A stretch of 64,000 nt of DNA from Thermoplasmata archaeon. GTDB lineage: Archaea > Thermoplasmatota > Thermoplasmata > Thermoplasmatales > ARK-15. The DNA lies in NCBI GenBank assembly GCA_039794005.1, contig JBAMMA010000017.1, positions 114,490-178,489 on the forward strand. Direction: 5' to 3'. This document shows, piece after piece, positions 20,452-30,660 of the stretch. Position 1 is the first letter of the stretch, and each line of letters starts with the position of its first letter. A model generated the notes under the pieces. It was not told where the DNA came from. It searched no databases and saw nothing but the letters and a program-made list of their open reading frames with translations. The translations under genes were made by a program, and so were the position numbers.

Positions 20452-21495
20452 ATGGAGACTAAAATCTTAAATATTGATCCAAACAACATAGATATTGAGA
20501 AAATTTTAATCGCTTCAGATGTAATTAAAAAAGGAGGGTTAGTTGCATTTCCAACCGAAACTGTTTATGGCCTTGGTGCAGATGCATTTAATGAAAATGC
20601 CGTGAAAAAAATATTTATTGCAAAAGTGAGACCTAACGATAATCCTCTAATTGTCCATATAACAGAAAAAATTGACATAAATGATATCGTTGAATACTTC
20701 CCAGAAAATGCAATTTTATTAAAGAATAAATTCTGGCCGGGACCTTTAACAATGATTTTACCAAAGTCAAAAAGAATACCATTTGTTGTAACAGGAAACC
20801 TCAACACTGTTGCGGTGAGAATGCCTTCCCATAATATTGCAAAATCTTTGATTAACTATTCTGGATGCCCGATAGCAGCTCCAAGCGCGAATATATCCGG
20901 AAAACCCAGTCCAACAAAGGCTGAACATGTGATAAAAGATATGTTTGGAAAGATTGATGTTATAATAGATGGTGGTCAAACTGACATAGGTTTGGAATCA
21001 ACGGTTATTGATTTAACAAAAGATATTCCAATAATTTATAGGCCCGGGAAAATCACAGTTGAAGAAATTGAAAAAGTAATTGGAAAAGTTGAGTTAAGTC
21101 CTATTGCAAAAGCAGAATTGAGGATGGATAATATCATAGCAATGTCTCCAGGAATGAAATACAGACATTATTCTCCAGATACCCCCTTAATTTTATACGA
21201 GGGGGAAGGTGATAAAGTTATAAATGCAATGGAAAATGATTTAAATGTTTTAAAAAATAATAATAAAAAGGTTGCTCTAATATTGTTAGATAATTACATA
21301 AAATCTGATATGACAATAGTATTTAATTCTAAAGATTTGGAGAATATTGCTAGAAATATATTTTCTACATTGAGGGAATTAGATAAATATAAATTTGATT
21401 ACATATTAGTCCAGGGAGTTGATGATCAAGGTCTTGGCCTTGCAATAATGAATAGATTGAGAAAAGCCTCTACAAATATAGTTAAAGTGGAATAA
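20452..21495 (+). CDS. sua5: Threonylcarbamoyl-AMP synthase (Sua5 with C-terminal domain)
   Basis: FPTETVYGLGA, RPNDNPLIVH, AAPSANISG, SPGMKYRHYSP, MNRLRKA. Confidence 0.96.
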   Translation: METKILNIDPNNIDIEKILIASDVIKKGGLVAFPTETVYGLGADAFNENAVKKIFIAKVRPNDNPLIVHITEKIDINDIVEYFPENAILLKNKFWPGPLTMILPKSKRIPFVVTGNLNTVAVRMPSHNIAKSLINYSGCPIAAPSANISGKPSPTKAEHVIKDMFGKIDVIIDGGQTDIGLESTVIDLTKDIPIIYRPGKITVEEIEKVIGKVELSPIAKAELRMDNIIAMSPGMKYRHYSPDTPLILYEGEGDKVINAMENDLNVLKNNNKKVALILLDNYIKSDMTIVFNSKDLENIARNIFSTLRELDKYKFDYILVQGVDDQGLGLAIMNRLRKASTNIVKVE

Positions 21496-21547
21496 AGGTA
21501 CAAAAAAATAAAAATATTAGTTAATACTTTTAAAAAATTAGATTAGA

Positions 21548-22333
21548 ATGAAATATTTAATATTATTAATATCCGTGGTTCTTATTTCGTCAATTTCATC
21601 GGCAGGAAATATTAATATTGGAATTAATGGCCTTAATTCTTTGATTTATAATAATCAAAAAATAATTGAATTTATCCATTTCTATCCGAATCCATATGGT
21701 GTTTGGATAAATGATTCAAACATATACGAATATTCAAATGGATATGTTGATATGCAAATTGTACCATTGCCAGGACCAATGATTTTAATGCATTTCAATG
21801 GTTCCGGTCGTTCCGTGATGAAATTTTTTGATTATGTTTATAAGGATATTACGTTTAATGGATTTCAAGATAACAATTCTTTGATTTATGGAAGATGTGT
21901 TGGAGTTAATATAAACGTTTCCAAGAATTATGTTAATGTATCGTGGTACCATAATGCCTCAATGGTTTTGATAATAAATCCAAATCTTGATTTTAATAAA
22001 AATACAAATTTATTATTTACACCATATAATATATCAATTACAGTGGTATACAATGGTATTACGTTATCATATCCAACTTCTGATGTAAAGTTGAATGGCA
22101 CGTCTATAATGTATAATAAAAACAGGCCTCTATTGTTATATTCAAATATTAATATAAACAAATTTTATATCGATAATACAAACAAGGTGTTAAATCTAAA
22201 AGAAAGTAATTATGGATATTATGCATTAATCAACATTGAGAATAATAATGGAATAGATTATAATTGTTATATCTTGAGTCTTATATTGATAATAATTGTA
22301 TCTTCACTGATCTACAGGGTAGGGAGAAAATGA
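21548..22333 (+). CDS. Hypothetical exported protein with C-terminal TM anchor
   Basis: Signal peptide MKYLILLISVVLISSISSA, Asn-rich body, C-terminal TM plus RVGRK. Confidence 0.65.
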   Translation: MKYLILLISVVLISSISSAGNINIGINGLNSLIYNNQKIIEFIHFYPNPYGVWINDSNIYEYSNGYVDMQIVPLPGPMILMHFNGSGRSVMKFFDYVYKDITFNGFQDNNSLIYGRCVGVNINVSKNYVNVSWYHNASMVLIINPNLDFNKNTNLLFTPYNISITVVYNGITLSYPTSDVKLNGTSIMYNKNRPLLLYSNININKFYIDNTNKVLNLKESNYGYYALINIENNNGIDYNCYILSLILIIIVSSLIYRVGRK

Positions 22334-22992
22334 AGGCTATTGTTTTTCTAATATCTTTTATATTATTGCAGGGAGTATTTGAAAATTCACATTATGTTAC
22401 GATATATTCCAATAATATAAAAATAGAAATAAACAAAAAAAGCCCAATTTTAAATATTTTTGATGGAAATGATATATTTAAGGTAATTTTAAAGGCCTTC
22501 AGCAATAATGAGAGTTTTATAGATCCTTTTAATGATTCCTTTAATTCATATTTTTATGAAAATGATTTTTATGAAATAATAATGAATGAATCAAAAGAAA
22601 ATAACTTTGTTAAAATAGATTATAGAATAAATAAAAATTTGAATGATATTTTAATAAATTTTAACATTAGAACTAAAGATAAATATTCTGACGTTATATT
22701 ATATATATTTCACAACATAAATAATACTCATAATAATTTAATTTATTATTCCAAAGGATCCGTTATTATAAAAAAGATTGGAAATGAAAATATTGTTGAA
22801 AATAAAAATTCAACATATGCATATGAAAATTTGACTTCTCAAAATGGTTCGATATCAGGAATATTTGTTTTAAGTATATTTTCATCCCAAGTGATTTTAC
22901 TTTATCCAATAATTTATTTTATTTTTGGCATTATATTGGGCACATTTTTAATATTAATCCTTATATTTATTTGGAAAAAGGTTAAATATTAA
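22330..22992 (+). CDS. Hypothetical exported protein with C-terminal TM anchor
   Basis: ATG 22330 overlaps the upstream stop (ATGA); MKAIVFLISFILL N-terminus; C-terminal TM plus KKVKY. Confidence 0.65.
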   Translation: MKAIVFLISFILLQGVFENSHYVTIYSNNIKIEINKKSPILNIFDGNDIFKVILKAFSNNESFIDPFNDSFNSYFYENDFYEIIMNESKENNFVKIDYRINKNLNDILINFNIRTKDKYSDVILYIFHNINNTHNNLIYYSKGSVIIKKIGNENIVENKNSTYAYENLTSQNGSISGIFVLSIFSSQVILLYPIIYFIFGIILGTFLILILIFIWKKVKY

Positions 22993-23016
22993 TTTCATAT
23001 TTGAGAAATGATATCT

Positions 23017-23166
23017 ATGACATTCCAGGAAGCAGTAAATAGAAAATTAAACAAATTGATATGCATGAAATGTTATGCTAAAAATCCAATAGGGGCAAAA
23101 AGATGCAGGAGATGTGGATACAAGGGACTTAGACCTAAAAATAAGGAAAGAAAAGGAAATAAATGA
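23017..23166 (+). CDS. rpl40e: 50S ribosomal protein L40e
   Basis: Hand translation: [49 protein letters not shown]; below the ORF-track size cut-off. Confidence 0.95.
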   Translation: MTFQEAVNRKLNKLICMKCYAKNPIGAKRCRRCGYKGLRPKNKERKGNK

Positions 23167-23167
23167 T

Positions 23168-24340
23168 TTAAATTTCTAATTTTTCCAATGATTTTAAGAC
23201 ATTTTCCCTGATATTATCAACATCTGGTATATCTTTTACGACATTGCCATTTTCAATGTATTTTTCCAATACATTTTTCATTTCTCTTCCACAATACTTA
23301 CATTTTGGTGGTTTATCACCGTGTGGCACAACTGCATAATTTACGCAATTTTCACAATAATAAACATCTTTTCTTCCAGAAAACTTCCCTCTCTTTGTAA
23401 TAGGTTTTTTGTCAATTTCAACTATATCTAATGCATAATCTATTGTTGATGCTGATGAAATTGAAGTACCAATTCCAAAACCGTCCGCCCCGGCTTCAAT
23501 CAAGTCTTTAATCTCTTCCTCTTTTATTCCTCCTGAAACAATAATTTGCACTTTATCGAAACCCCTTATCTTTAATTCCCACTTAACTTCCCTTATTAAA
23601 TATGAAAAATCACCTTTTCTGGAAGAAGGGGTGTCAAGCCTAACTCCGGAAAGGTGTTTTATGAGTTCTGCAGCTTTTATTGCCGAGAATTTTTCATCAC
23701 AAAATGTATCGATCAATGCAATTCTAGGTATAGATGGATCTAAATCCTCATCAAACTTTTTCCACGCATCTTCTTCACCTATTAAAAGAATAAGTGCGTG
23801 GGGCATCGTTCCTCTCGGTGTCTTATTCAATCTTTCAGCCCCTATTACACTCGATACATAATCACAGCCTCCAATGTAAGAATATCTATCTATCATCGGT
23901 GCAAGAGCAGGGTGCATTCTTCTTACTCCAAAAGACATTAAAGTTTTATTTCCGATCAACTTTTTGAACCTTGCAGATTTTGTCGAAATTCCACTTGCTT
24001 GACATATAATGCCAAGTAATGGAGTTTCAAATTCTGCAAAATCTACATAATTTCCTTCGATCATCATAATAGGAACTGGTATTCCATTTTGGTCAAAAGG
24101 TTTGAATATAAATCCTTCTGGAATAGAATAAAGATTTATTTTTTTACCTTTCAATAATTCCAATACCTCTTCCAAACCTGAAAATACTATCCATGGATAT
24201 TTATTGTCATGTGTTGTTATTTCCATCAATACATTCTTGTTTATTTTCTCCTTTTGCAATATCTCTTTTGTCCTTATAAAATAAATATCTGTCGTCTTTC
24301 CACTTTTAATTTCATCATCATTTGCTATATAGAACCTCAT
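23168..24340 (-). CDS. pncB: Nicotinate phosphoribosyltransferase
   Basis: TDIYF, SFGVRRMHP, GTMPHAL, VRLDTPSSR, SGG, FGIGT. Confidence 0.93.
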   Translation of the reverse strand: MRFYIANDDEIKSGKTTDIYFIRTKEILQKEKINKNVLMEITTHDNKYPWIVFSGLEEVLELLKGKKINLYSIPEGFIFKPFDQNGIPVPIMMIEGNYVDFAEFETPLLGIICQASGISTKSARFKKLIGNKTLMSFGVRRMHPALAPMIDRYSYIGGCDYVSSVIGAERLNKTPRGTMPHALILLIGEEDAWKKFDEDLDPSIPRIALIDTFCDEKFSAIKAAELIKHLSGVRLDTPSSRKGDFSYLIREVKWELKIRGFDKVQIIVSGGIKEEEIKDLIEAGADGFGIGTSISSASTIDYALDIVEIDKKPITKRGKFSGRKDVYYCENCVNYAVVPHGDKPPKCKYCGREMKNVLEKYIENGNVVKDIPDVDNIRENVLKSLEKLEI

Positions 24341-24870
24341 TGTAATACCCCCAAGTCTTTTAGCCTAATCAATTTTGTTCCATACATATTCATCATATAT
24401 TTTAAGCCAAATTCTTTGTTTTTGGGCTTGATGGAATCCGTGCATTCTTCAACAACATATGTTTCAAATCCCGCAAAAAACGCATTTGAAACGGTGTGCA
24501 GAACGCATATATCTGTGCTTACACCAGCCACTATTAATTTTTGAATGTTCTTTTCCTTTAATATCCTTTCAAGCTCTGTATTGTAAAACGCACTGTATGT
24601 CCTCTTTTCTATAATGATATCATTCAATTCTGGTTTTAATTCATCAATAATCTCTGATGCATAAGAACCTTTCATTGCATGTTTCCCCCATACCTTTAGT
24701 TCTGGGTCATTCTCTTCGTGTGAATCCTTTGCATATACTATTGTCCAATTCATTTTTCTGCCATACTCAATAAGCTCCTTTACCTTTGGAACTATTTTTT
24801 TTACCCTTTCAGAACCAAATTTACCGTCCACAAACTCATGAATCATATCAACAATTAATATTGCATACAT
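24337..24870 (-). CDS. pncA: Nicotinamidase / isochorismatase-family cysteine hydrolase
   Basis: IVDM, DSH, KRTYSAF, GVSTDICV; overlaps the pncB start. Confidence 0.82.
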   Translation of the reverse strand: MYAILIVDMIHEFVDGKFGSERVKKIVPKVKELIEYGRKMNWTIVYAKDSHEENDPELKVWGKHAMKGSYASEIIDELKPELNDIIIEKRTYSAFYNTELERILKEKNIQKLIVAGVSTDICVLHTVSNAFFAGFETYVVEECTDSIKPKNKEFGLKYMMNMYGTKLIRLKDLGVLQ

Positions 24871-24977
24871 ATGAAAGAATAATATCCATCAATTTAATAA
24901 GTTTATTTAAATGATAAAATATAATGTTAATTTTTATTTAAGAAAAATTTAATTTTAGTTTTACCATATTAATTGTT

Positions 24978-26402
24978 ATGAAGGATGGGAGATATTTAAT
25001 AATTCAAATATATGGTAAACATTCTAATGACAAATATAAGAAAATAAGATATGAAATTGAAGGAAAAAGTTATGAAAGTAGATTGAGCTCAGGTGCACTT
25101 TTACAACATTATGGAAATGCAGATCTTTTATATTTGATTCCCGAGAGCCTTTTTATAAATGATGTTAAAAATACAAATGAATTTGAAAATTTTATGAAAG
25201 AAAATTATAAGGAAGTATATAAAAATGCTATAATTAATCAATTGGATATGGAAAAAATAAACATAAACATAAATAAAATTTATTCAATTGGTTTTTATGA
25301 CAACTCAGGAACTCAGGGAAATAAAAACACTCTCTCTGTTGAATTTAGGAATAATATAGATGGTATAAAATTAAAACTATTTAGAGATGTATTTAAAATA
25401 ATAAATAATTATGATAATATTATAATAGATTTATCTACTGGTCTTAATTATTATATACCAATAATAATTGATGTAATTAGGAATATTATAACTTATCAAA
25501 AACTCTCTCACTACATAGATACAAATAATTTTGATAAAAAGTATAATGTTACTGTTGTACCACCAGTAGGGGATTCAAAAACAACAATACATTTTGAAAC
25601 TATAGATGCAGTTGCATATTTTGATTTGATAGATGTAAAAAAATTTGAACTTTCTCCGTCTGACAGCACTAATACGGATATAATCATAAAAACGAGGAAG
25701 GAATTTGAAGACAATATAGATAGATTGAATAAAATAATGAATATAACAAAGATAGGTTTAAATGCTCTAAAAAACAATACACCACTGGTCTTTTATGATC
25801 AAGATATTTTAGATATTGATGAAGATAAATTAAATATGAGTTCTAACCAGATATTAGAAGATTATATTTTCAAAATAATAGATTATTTGACAGAATATAA
25901 AATTGAGATAAACAATAATCATATAATCGTATCGAGACCGAAAATTGATGGTTTAAAGATAATGAAGTTTATAATGGGGATTGGAATATATGAGAGTATT
26001 AGAAAGATTAGATATGATATCCAAAAAGATTTTAAAAATGTGTGGATAAATGAAAAAAACGCTGCAACAATCGAGGACATTGAAGCCAGGTTTACAAAAA
26101 TTTATCAAAAATTAAATTATAATGTTAACATAAAATTTTTGGAAAGGGATTTAAAAGAAATAAAGTCATTAAAAATTGATGGTAGTTATAGATTAATTTC
26201 AGAGCTAAAATATGGAAATAATACAAACGACAATTCAGGTAATGATATTAAAAACTCAGATATTAAAAGAAACTTTTTTGCCCATAGCGGATTTGAATAT
26301 AAAATAACTCAAGTTAGAAAGGATAACGATAAAATTTTCATCATGTATATAAAAAATGAAAAAAAGAATGAAATTAAAAGTTGGCTATTAAATCAATCTT
26401 GA
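24978..26402 (+). CDS. csx1: CRISPR-associated CARF-HEPN ribonuclease, Csx1 family (stand-alone)
   Basis: CARF elements LIPESL and DLSTGLNYYIP; C-terminal HEPN RNFFAHSG (R-X4-H). Confidence 0.85.
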   Translation: MKDGRYLIIQIYGKHSNDKYKKIRYEIEGKSYESRLSSGALLQHYGNADLLYLIPESLFINDVKNTNEFENFMKENYKEVYKNAIINQLDMEKINININKIYSIGFYDNSGTQGNKNTLSVEFRNNIDGIKLKLFRDVFKIINNYDNIIIDLSTGLNYYIPIIIDVIRNIITYQKLSHYIDTNNFDKKYNVTVVPPVGDSKTTIHFETIDAVAYFDLIDVKKFELSPSDSTNTDIIIKTRKEFEDNIDRLNKIMNITKIGLNALKNNTPLVFYDQDILDIDEDKLNMSSNQILEDYIFKIIDYLTEYKIEINNNHIIVSRPKIDGLKIMKFIMGIGIYESIRKIRYDIQKDFKNVWINEKNAATIEDIEARFTKIYQKLNYNVNIKFLERDLKEIKSLKIDGSYRLISELKYGNNTNDNSGNDIKNSDIKRNFFAHSGFEYKITQVRKDNDKIFIMYIKNEKKNEIKSWLLNQS

Positions 26403-26509
26403 TTGTTTTAAAATTATTTACAAATTTTTTTACATTAATTATTAACGTTTATTGAGGTAAACAATAGAATAAATTTTTATACTAAAATTATTTTTCTCCA
26501 CAGTAAGAT

Positions 26510-26551
26510 ATGGTGACCCATAATGGAAGAAGAGGCATACCGGTGTTCTGA
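26510..26551 (+). ncRNA. Weak candidate box C/D sRNA
   Basis: ATGGTGA (C box with one mismatch) at 26510 and CTGA (D box) at 26548 enclose a GC-richer island in AT-rich spacer; internal C'/D' boxes are non-canonical. Confidence 0.2.
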
Positions 26552-26589
26552 ATATTTTTTAGTATATATTATAAGGAGGTGTGGGGTGT

Positions 26590-27672
26590 ATGGTTTTACC
26601 TAGGGCTGTCATTCTTGCAGAGGGAGTCTATGGTAACTTAAATGGAAAAACTGCACATGGACTTGTAAGATTTTCCAAAAGATTTTCAATTGTAGCAGTC
26701 ATAGATTCGGAATTTGAGGGTATGGATGCTGGAGAGGTTTTGGACGGAAAGTTTAGAAACATTCCAATAGTTGGATCCTTGAAGGATTCTTTAAAATTCG
26801 AACCTGAAGTGCTAATAATAGGTGCAGCAACTGATGGTGGATTTTTACCTAAGAATTATAGACCCATAATAATTGAAGCTTTAAGGAATGGCCTAGATAT
26901 TGTTTCAGGCCTACACGAATTCATAAGTGATGATGAAGAATTTTTAAAATTGGCAGAATTTTCCGGTTCCAAAATAATCGATGTAAGAAAAATGTATCTT
27001 AAAAAGCAGGAGTTCTTCACAGGAGAAATAGAGAATGTTCTTTCCACAAAGGTTGCTGTTTTAGGAAGTGATAGTGCAATAGGAAAAAGGACGACTACAA
27101 TAATGATAACAGAAAAGTTAAAAGAGTTAGGATATAATGCTGTATTCATTGCGACGGGTCAGACTGGATGGATGCAAGGTGCCGAGTACTGCGCATTGAT
27201 TGATGCAATGATTAATGACTTTGTAGCAGGAGGAATTGAGAGCGAGGTCGTCAGGGCATGGAAAGAAAAGAGACCGGATTTTATTTTAATTGAAGGACAG
27301 GGGGGTTTATTACATCCTGCATATCCGGGAGGTTTTGAAATAATTGCAGCTGCAAGACCAGAGGCTATAGTATTTCAACATTCACCAAAGAGAATTTATT
27401 ATGATGGATTTGAGAAATATAGGATACCTGATCTTGATAAATTCATACAGCTCATAGAAATACTATCAGGGAGAAAACCTATTGGAATTACATTAAACAC
27501 AGAAAAAATAGAGGAATTCGAAATACCTTATTATATCAGTGAATATGAAGAAAAATATTCAATGCCTGTAGATGCGCCTTTGTATACAGGTGTAGAAAAG
27601 ATTGCAAAAGAATTGATTAAACTTCATGAAAATAGGCTTGATAAAAGCATTGCAAGGAATGTGTTTCACTGA
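26590..27672 (+). CDS. DUF1611 family P-loop protein (DgcN-like N-acetyltransferase family)
   Basis: GKTAHGL, IVSGLHEF, GSDSAIGKRTT, ATGQTG, EGQGGLLHP; SD GGAGGTG at 26576. Confidence 0.88.
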   Translation: MVLPRAVILAEGVYGNLNGKTAHGLVRFSKRFSIVAVIDSEFEGMDAGEVLDGKFRNIPIVGSLKDSLKFEPEVLIIGAATDGGFLPKNYRPIIIEALRNGLDIVSGLHEFISDDEEFLKLAEFSGSKIIDVRKMYLKKQEFFTGEIENVLSTKVAVLGSDSAIGKRTTTIMITEKLKELGYNAVFIATGQTGWMQGAEYCALIDAMINDFVAGGIESEVVRAWKEKRPDFILIEGQGGLLHPAYPGGFEIIAAARPEAIVFQHSPKRIYYDGFEKYRIPDLDKFIQLIEILSGRKPIGITLNTEKIEEFEIPYYISEYEEKYSMPVDAPLYTGVEKIAKELIKLHENRLDKSIARNVFH

Positions 27673-27674
27673 TC

Positions 27675-29114
27675 ATGGATCTTATAACATTTTCTGAAAT
27701 TAAGATAAACAAGCCAGAGATTGAAAAAAACAAAATATCTACAGACATAGTTTTAAACAACAAGGAATCATTTAAATTAAAATTTACATACCAAGAGAAT
27801 ATTGAAGATATTCCTGGGATTGAAAATTTAGCAAATATGTTAGTATCTTCACCTATAATTAACTATGGACTATTCACAGAAAAAATATATTTTGATTTTC
27901 CCCTTTCTAAGGAGGATATTGAATATATCAAGCATAACATGGACATTATTTCTGCTGATATTTATGTTAACAGATTTTTGAGGGTAAACAATCCCTACAT
28001 TATAGAAGGATATTTACCGAATAAAGATCATGTAAATATAGAAGATTCAAAAACGAAGGCAAAGATTGAGGTAGAATCCATAGAAGATTTTAAATTCCAA
28101 GTTAAAACGGACGATAAAAAGGTCGCAATACTGTCATCTGGTGGAAAAGAAAGCCTTTTAACATACGGTCTTTTGAATGAGATGGGATTCGAAACACATC
28201 CTATGTTCTTCAACGAGTCAGGAGGCCATTGGAAAACCGCTCTTCCATCTTATAGATATTTCAGCAAAAATATTAAAAATACATCTAAAGTATGGTCAAA
28301 TCTTGATAGGTTTTATTTGTTCATGCTTGACAACATGAAATTCATAAAGAAAAATCACAGAAGGATATGGAGTGATAACTATCCAATAAGGCTCTTTATC
28401 TTTGGGCCTTATATATTTGCATTTTTGCCATTGGTAATAAGAAGGGGAATTGGAAATATACTGCTTGGAAGCGAATATGATGATGTAAGAGCTGAAAAAT
28501 ATTATCATGGTATAAGGCATTATTATGGAATATACGATCAAAGTGCTGACTTTGATTATTACAATACTGATTATTTTAAATCAAAAAATTTGAATATAAG
28601 GCAGTGGAGTATAGTAAGGCCAATAACAGGACTTATCGTTGAAAGGATTTTGATGAAAAGGTATAATTATTTGTATAAATTGCAAAGATCTTGCCATTCA
28701 TGTCATTATGAAAATAATGATGTCTATCCATGTGGAAAATGCTCTAAATGTCTAGGCATAATTTCATTCATATTGGCAAACGATGGTGATCCAAGGGATA
28801 TAAATTATAAGGATGAACATATAGAAAATCTTGAAAACAATATTTCAAAGACAATATTAAAATTGGATCAGGATGAAAAGGAACATGTATTTTACATTCT
28901 ATCTAAAAAAGGTTTTAAACTTGAAGGAAAAGAACATGATCACGTTGAAAAGATTCATATTGATGAATCATCACCATTGGATTTAATACCAGAGAATTTT
29001 AGGAGGGTATTTTTAATATACAAAGATTATGTAAAAGGTGTTGTAAAATATGAAAATGGAGATTTTGTAGATTTTAATGATTTTTTTGATAAATTGATAC
29101 AATTGAAGCAATGA
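27675..29114 (+). CDS. Uncharacterised PP-loop (adenine nucleotide alpha hydrolase) protein with Cys cluster
   Basis: LSSGGKESLL PP-loop variant; SCHSCH and PCGKCSKC; 2 bp after DUF1611. Confidence 0.7.
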   Translation: MDLITFSEIKINKPEIEKNKISTDIVLNNKESFKLKFTYQENIEDIPGIENLANMLVSSPIINYGLFTEKIYFDFPLSKEDIEYIKHNMDIISADIYVNRFLRVNNPYIIEGYLPNKDHVNIEDSKTKAKIEVESIEDFKFQVKTDDKKVAILSSGGKESLLTYGLLNEMGFETHPMFFNESGGHWKTALPSYRYFSKNIKNTSKVWSNLDRFYLFMLDNMKFIKKNHRRIWSDNYPIRLFIFGPYIFAFLPLVIRRGIGNILLGSEYDDVRAEKYYHGIRHYYGIYDQSADFDYYNTDYFKSKNLNIRQWSIVRPITGLIVERILMKRYNYLYKLQRSCHSCHYENNDVYPCGKCSKCLGIISFILANDGDPRDINYKDEHIENLENNISKTILKLDQDEKEHVFYILSKKGFKLEGKEHDHVEKIHIDESSPLDLIPENFRRVFLIYKDYVKGVVKYENGDFVDFNDFFDKLIQLKQ

Positions 29115-29919
29115 GAATTAAAATTGAGCCTATTATCATTAAAAAATTGAATTTTTCATTTGTTATAAGATAAGAAAATATTGCACCAAAAATAGGTTCA
29201 AAAACAAAGATAAAAGAAGCTGTTTTAGCATCTAAATCTTTTTGCCCGAGGATTTGCAAAAATAATGCGAGAGCGGTCGCAAATATTGAGATATAAATTA
29301 CTATGAAAATCAATTCCAAATTCAATTTCATTTGAATACCATATAAAGGTAACAATGCTGCCGTAAAAATAGTTACAAAAAATAACTGGTATGATGATAA
29401 TACCATAATGTCTATTTCCTTAGAATATTTGTCTATTAAAACTACCTGAAATCCATACGATATGGCCGAAATTAATGTGAGTATATCTCCAAAATTTAAT
29501 CCATATTCATACGCCTGTGAAAATATTAGTAAACCTATTATTGCCAAAATAAGGGAAAAAATATTTTTTGTCTTTAAATCCTCTTTTAAAAAAAAGTAAG
29601 CAAGTATTGGAGCAATAACTATGTATAAACTTGTAATAAATGTCGAAGAATCAGGGTCTGTATATTTCAGGCCTATTATTTGAAAAATATATCCAGAAGT
29701 TACAAATATTCCCAATATTAATCCCTTAAAAAATTCATTTTTTCCGGATTTTGCAATACTTTTATAAGATATAGGAAAAAAAATGATCGATGCAATAATA
29801 AACCTTAAAAAATTAAAAAAGACTGGGTTTATATAATTTAATGATAATTTCATTAAAGGGAATGTAGAACCCCATATTATTGTTGCAATTAAAATATAAA
29901 TAGGGGATTTTTTCATCAA
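29074..29919 (-). CDS. EamA/DMT family transporter
   Basis: IWGSTF, two EamA repeats, FEPIFGAIFSY. Confidence 0.92.
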   Translation of the reverse strand: MMKKSPIYILIATIIWGSTFPLMKLSLNYINPVFFNFLRFIIASIIFFPISYKSIAKSGKNEFFKGLILGIFVTSGYIFQIIGLKYTDPDSSTFITSLYIVIAPILAYFFLKEDLKTKNIFSLILAIIGLLIFSQAYEYGLNFGDILTLISAISYGFQVVLIDKYSKEIDIMVLSSYQLFFVTIFTAALLPLYGIQMKLNLELIFIVIYISIFATALALFLQILGQKDLDAKTASFIFVFEPIFGAIFSYLITNEKFNFLMIIGSILILIASIVSIYQKNH

Positions 29920-30659
29920 TTCACCTTTTCATATACATAATCTGCTATTTCACCTATTTGTTCTGGTGTTAACTCTTCAACCCTATTTTCGCTGTAGGGA
30001 ACATTTCCAATAATATTTTTTATCTTTTTTCTTCTCTGGGAGAAGAGTTTTTCTGTTATTTCAAAAAATAACTTTTCATCTTTAACTGAGAACTTTTTAT
30101 TTGGAACAATTTTCACAATAGCTGAATCAACTTTTGGAATTGGATAGAATACTGTTCTTGGTACGTATCTTAGTATGCTTACGTCTGCATAATAATAGAC
30201 ATTAACGGTTAATCTTGAATAATTGTTTGATCCAGGCTTTGCTACAAGTCTCTGTGCGAATTCTTTCTGATACATTATAATTCCTAGCTTAAATTGATGT
30301 TTTAACAATTTAAATGTAATTGGTGATGATATGTTATATGGTATGTTAGATACGATCTTATCAAACCTTGAAAATTCTTCCTTTAAAGCATCACCCAGTA
30401 TTAATTTCAATTTGCCATCGTTAATTTCACTGAAAAAATATGTTCTTAAATATTCATAGAATTCCTTTGACTTTTCAATGGCATACACTTTTGCCCCTGA
30501 TGATAACAATTCTGAAGTTAAAATTCCCATACCGGGGCCAATTTCAAGAACCTCTTCATTTTCATTAATTTGAGCATATGAAACAATAATCTTCACTAAA
30601 TTTTTATCCTTTAAAAGAACCTGACCATTCCTTTTCATTCTTATTCTTTCTGATATCAT
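29916..30659 (-). CDS. rsmA: 16S rRNA dimethyladenosine transferase
   Basis: GQVLL, LEIGPGMG, SNIPYNISSP, FSQRRK. Confidence 0.95.
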   Translation of the reverse strand: MISERIRMKRNGQVLLKDKNLVKIIVSYAQINENEEVLEIGPGMGILTSELLSSGAKVYAIEKSKEFYEYLRTYFFSEINDGKLKLILGDALKEEFSRFDKIVSNIPYNISSPITFKLLKHQFKLGIIMYQKEFAQRLVAKPGSNNYSRLTVNVYYYADVSILRYVPRTVFYPIPKVDSAIVKIVPNKKFSVKDEKLFFEITEKLFSQRRKKIKNIIGNVPYSENRVEELTPEQIGEIADYVYEKVN

Positions 30660-30660
30660 T

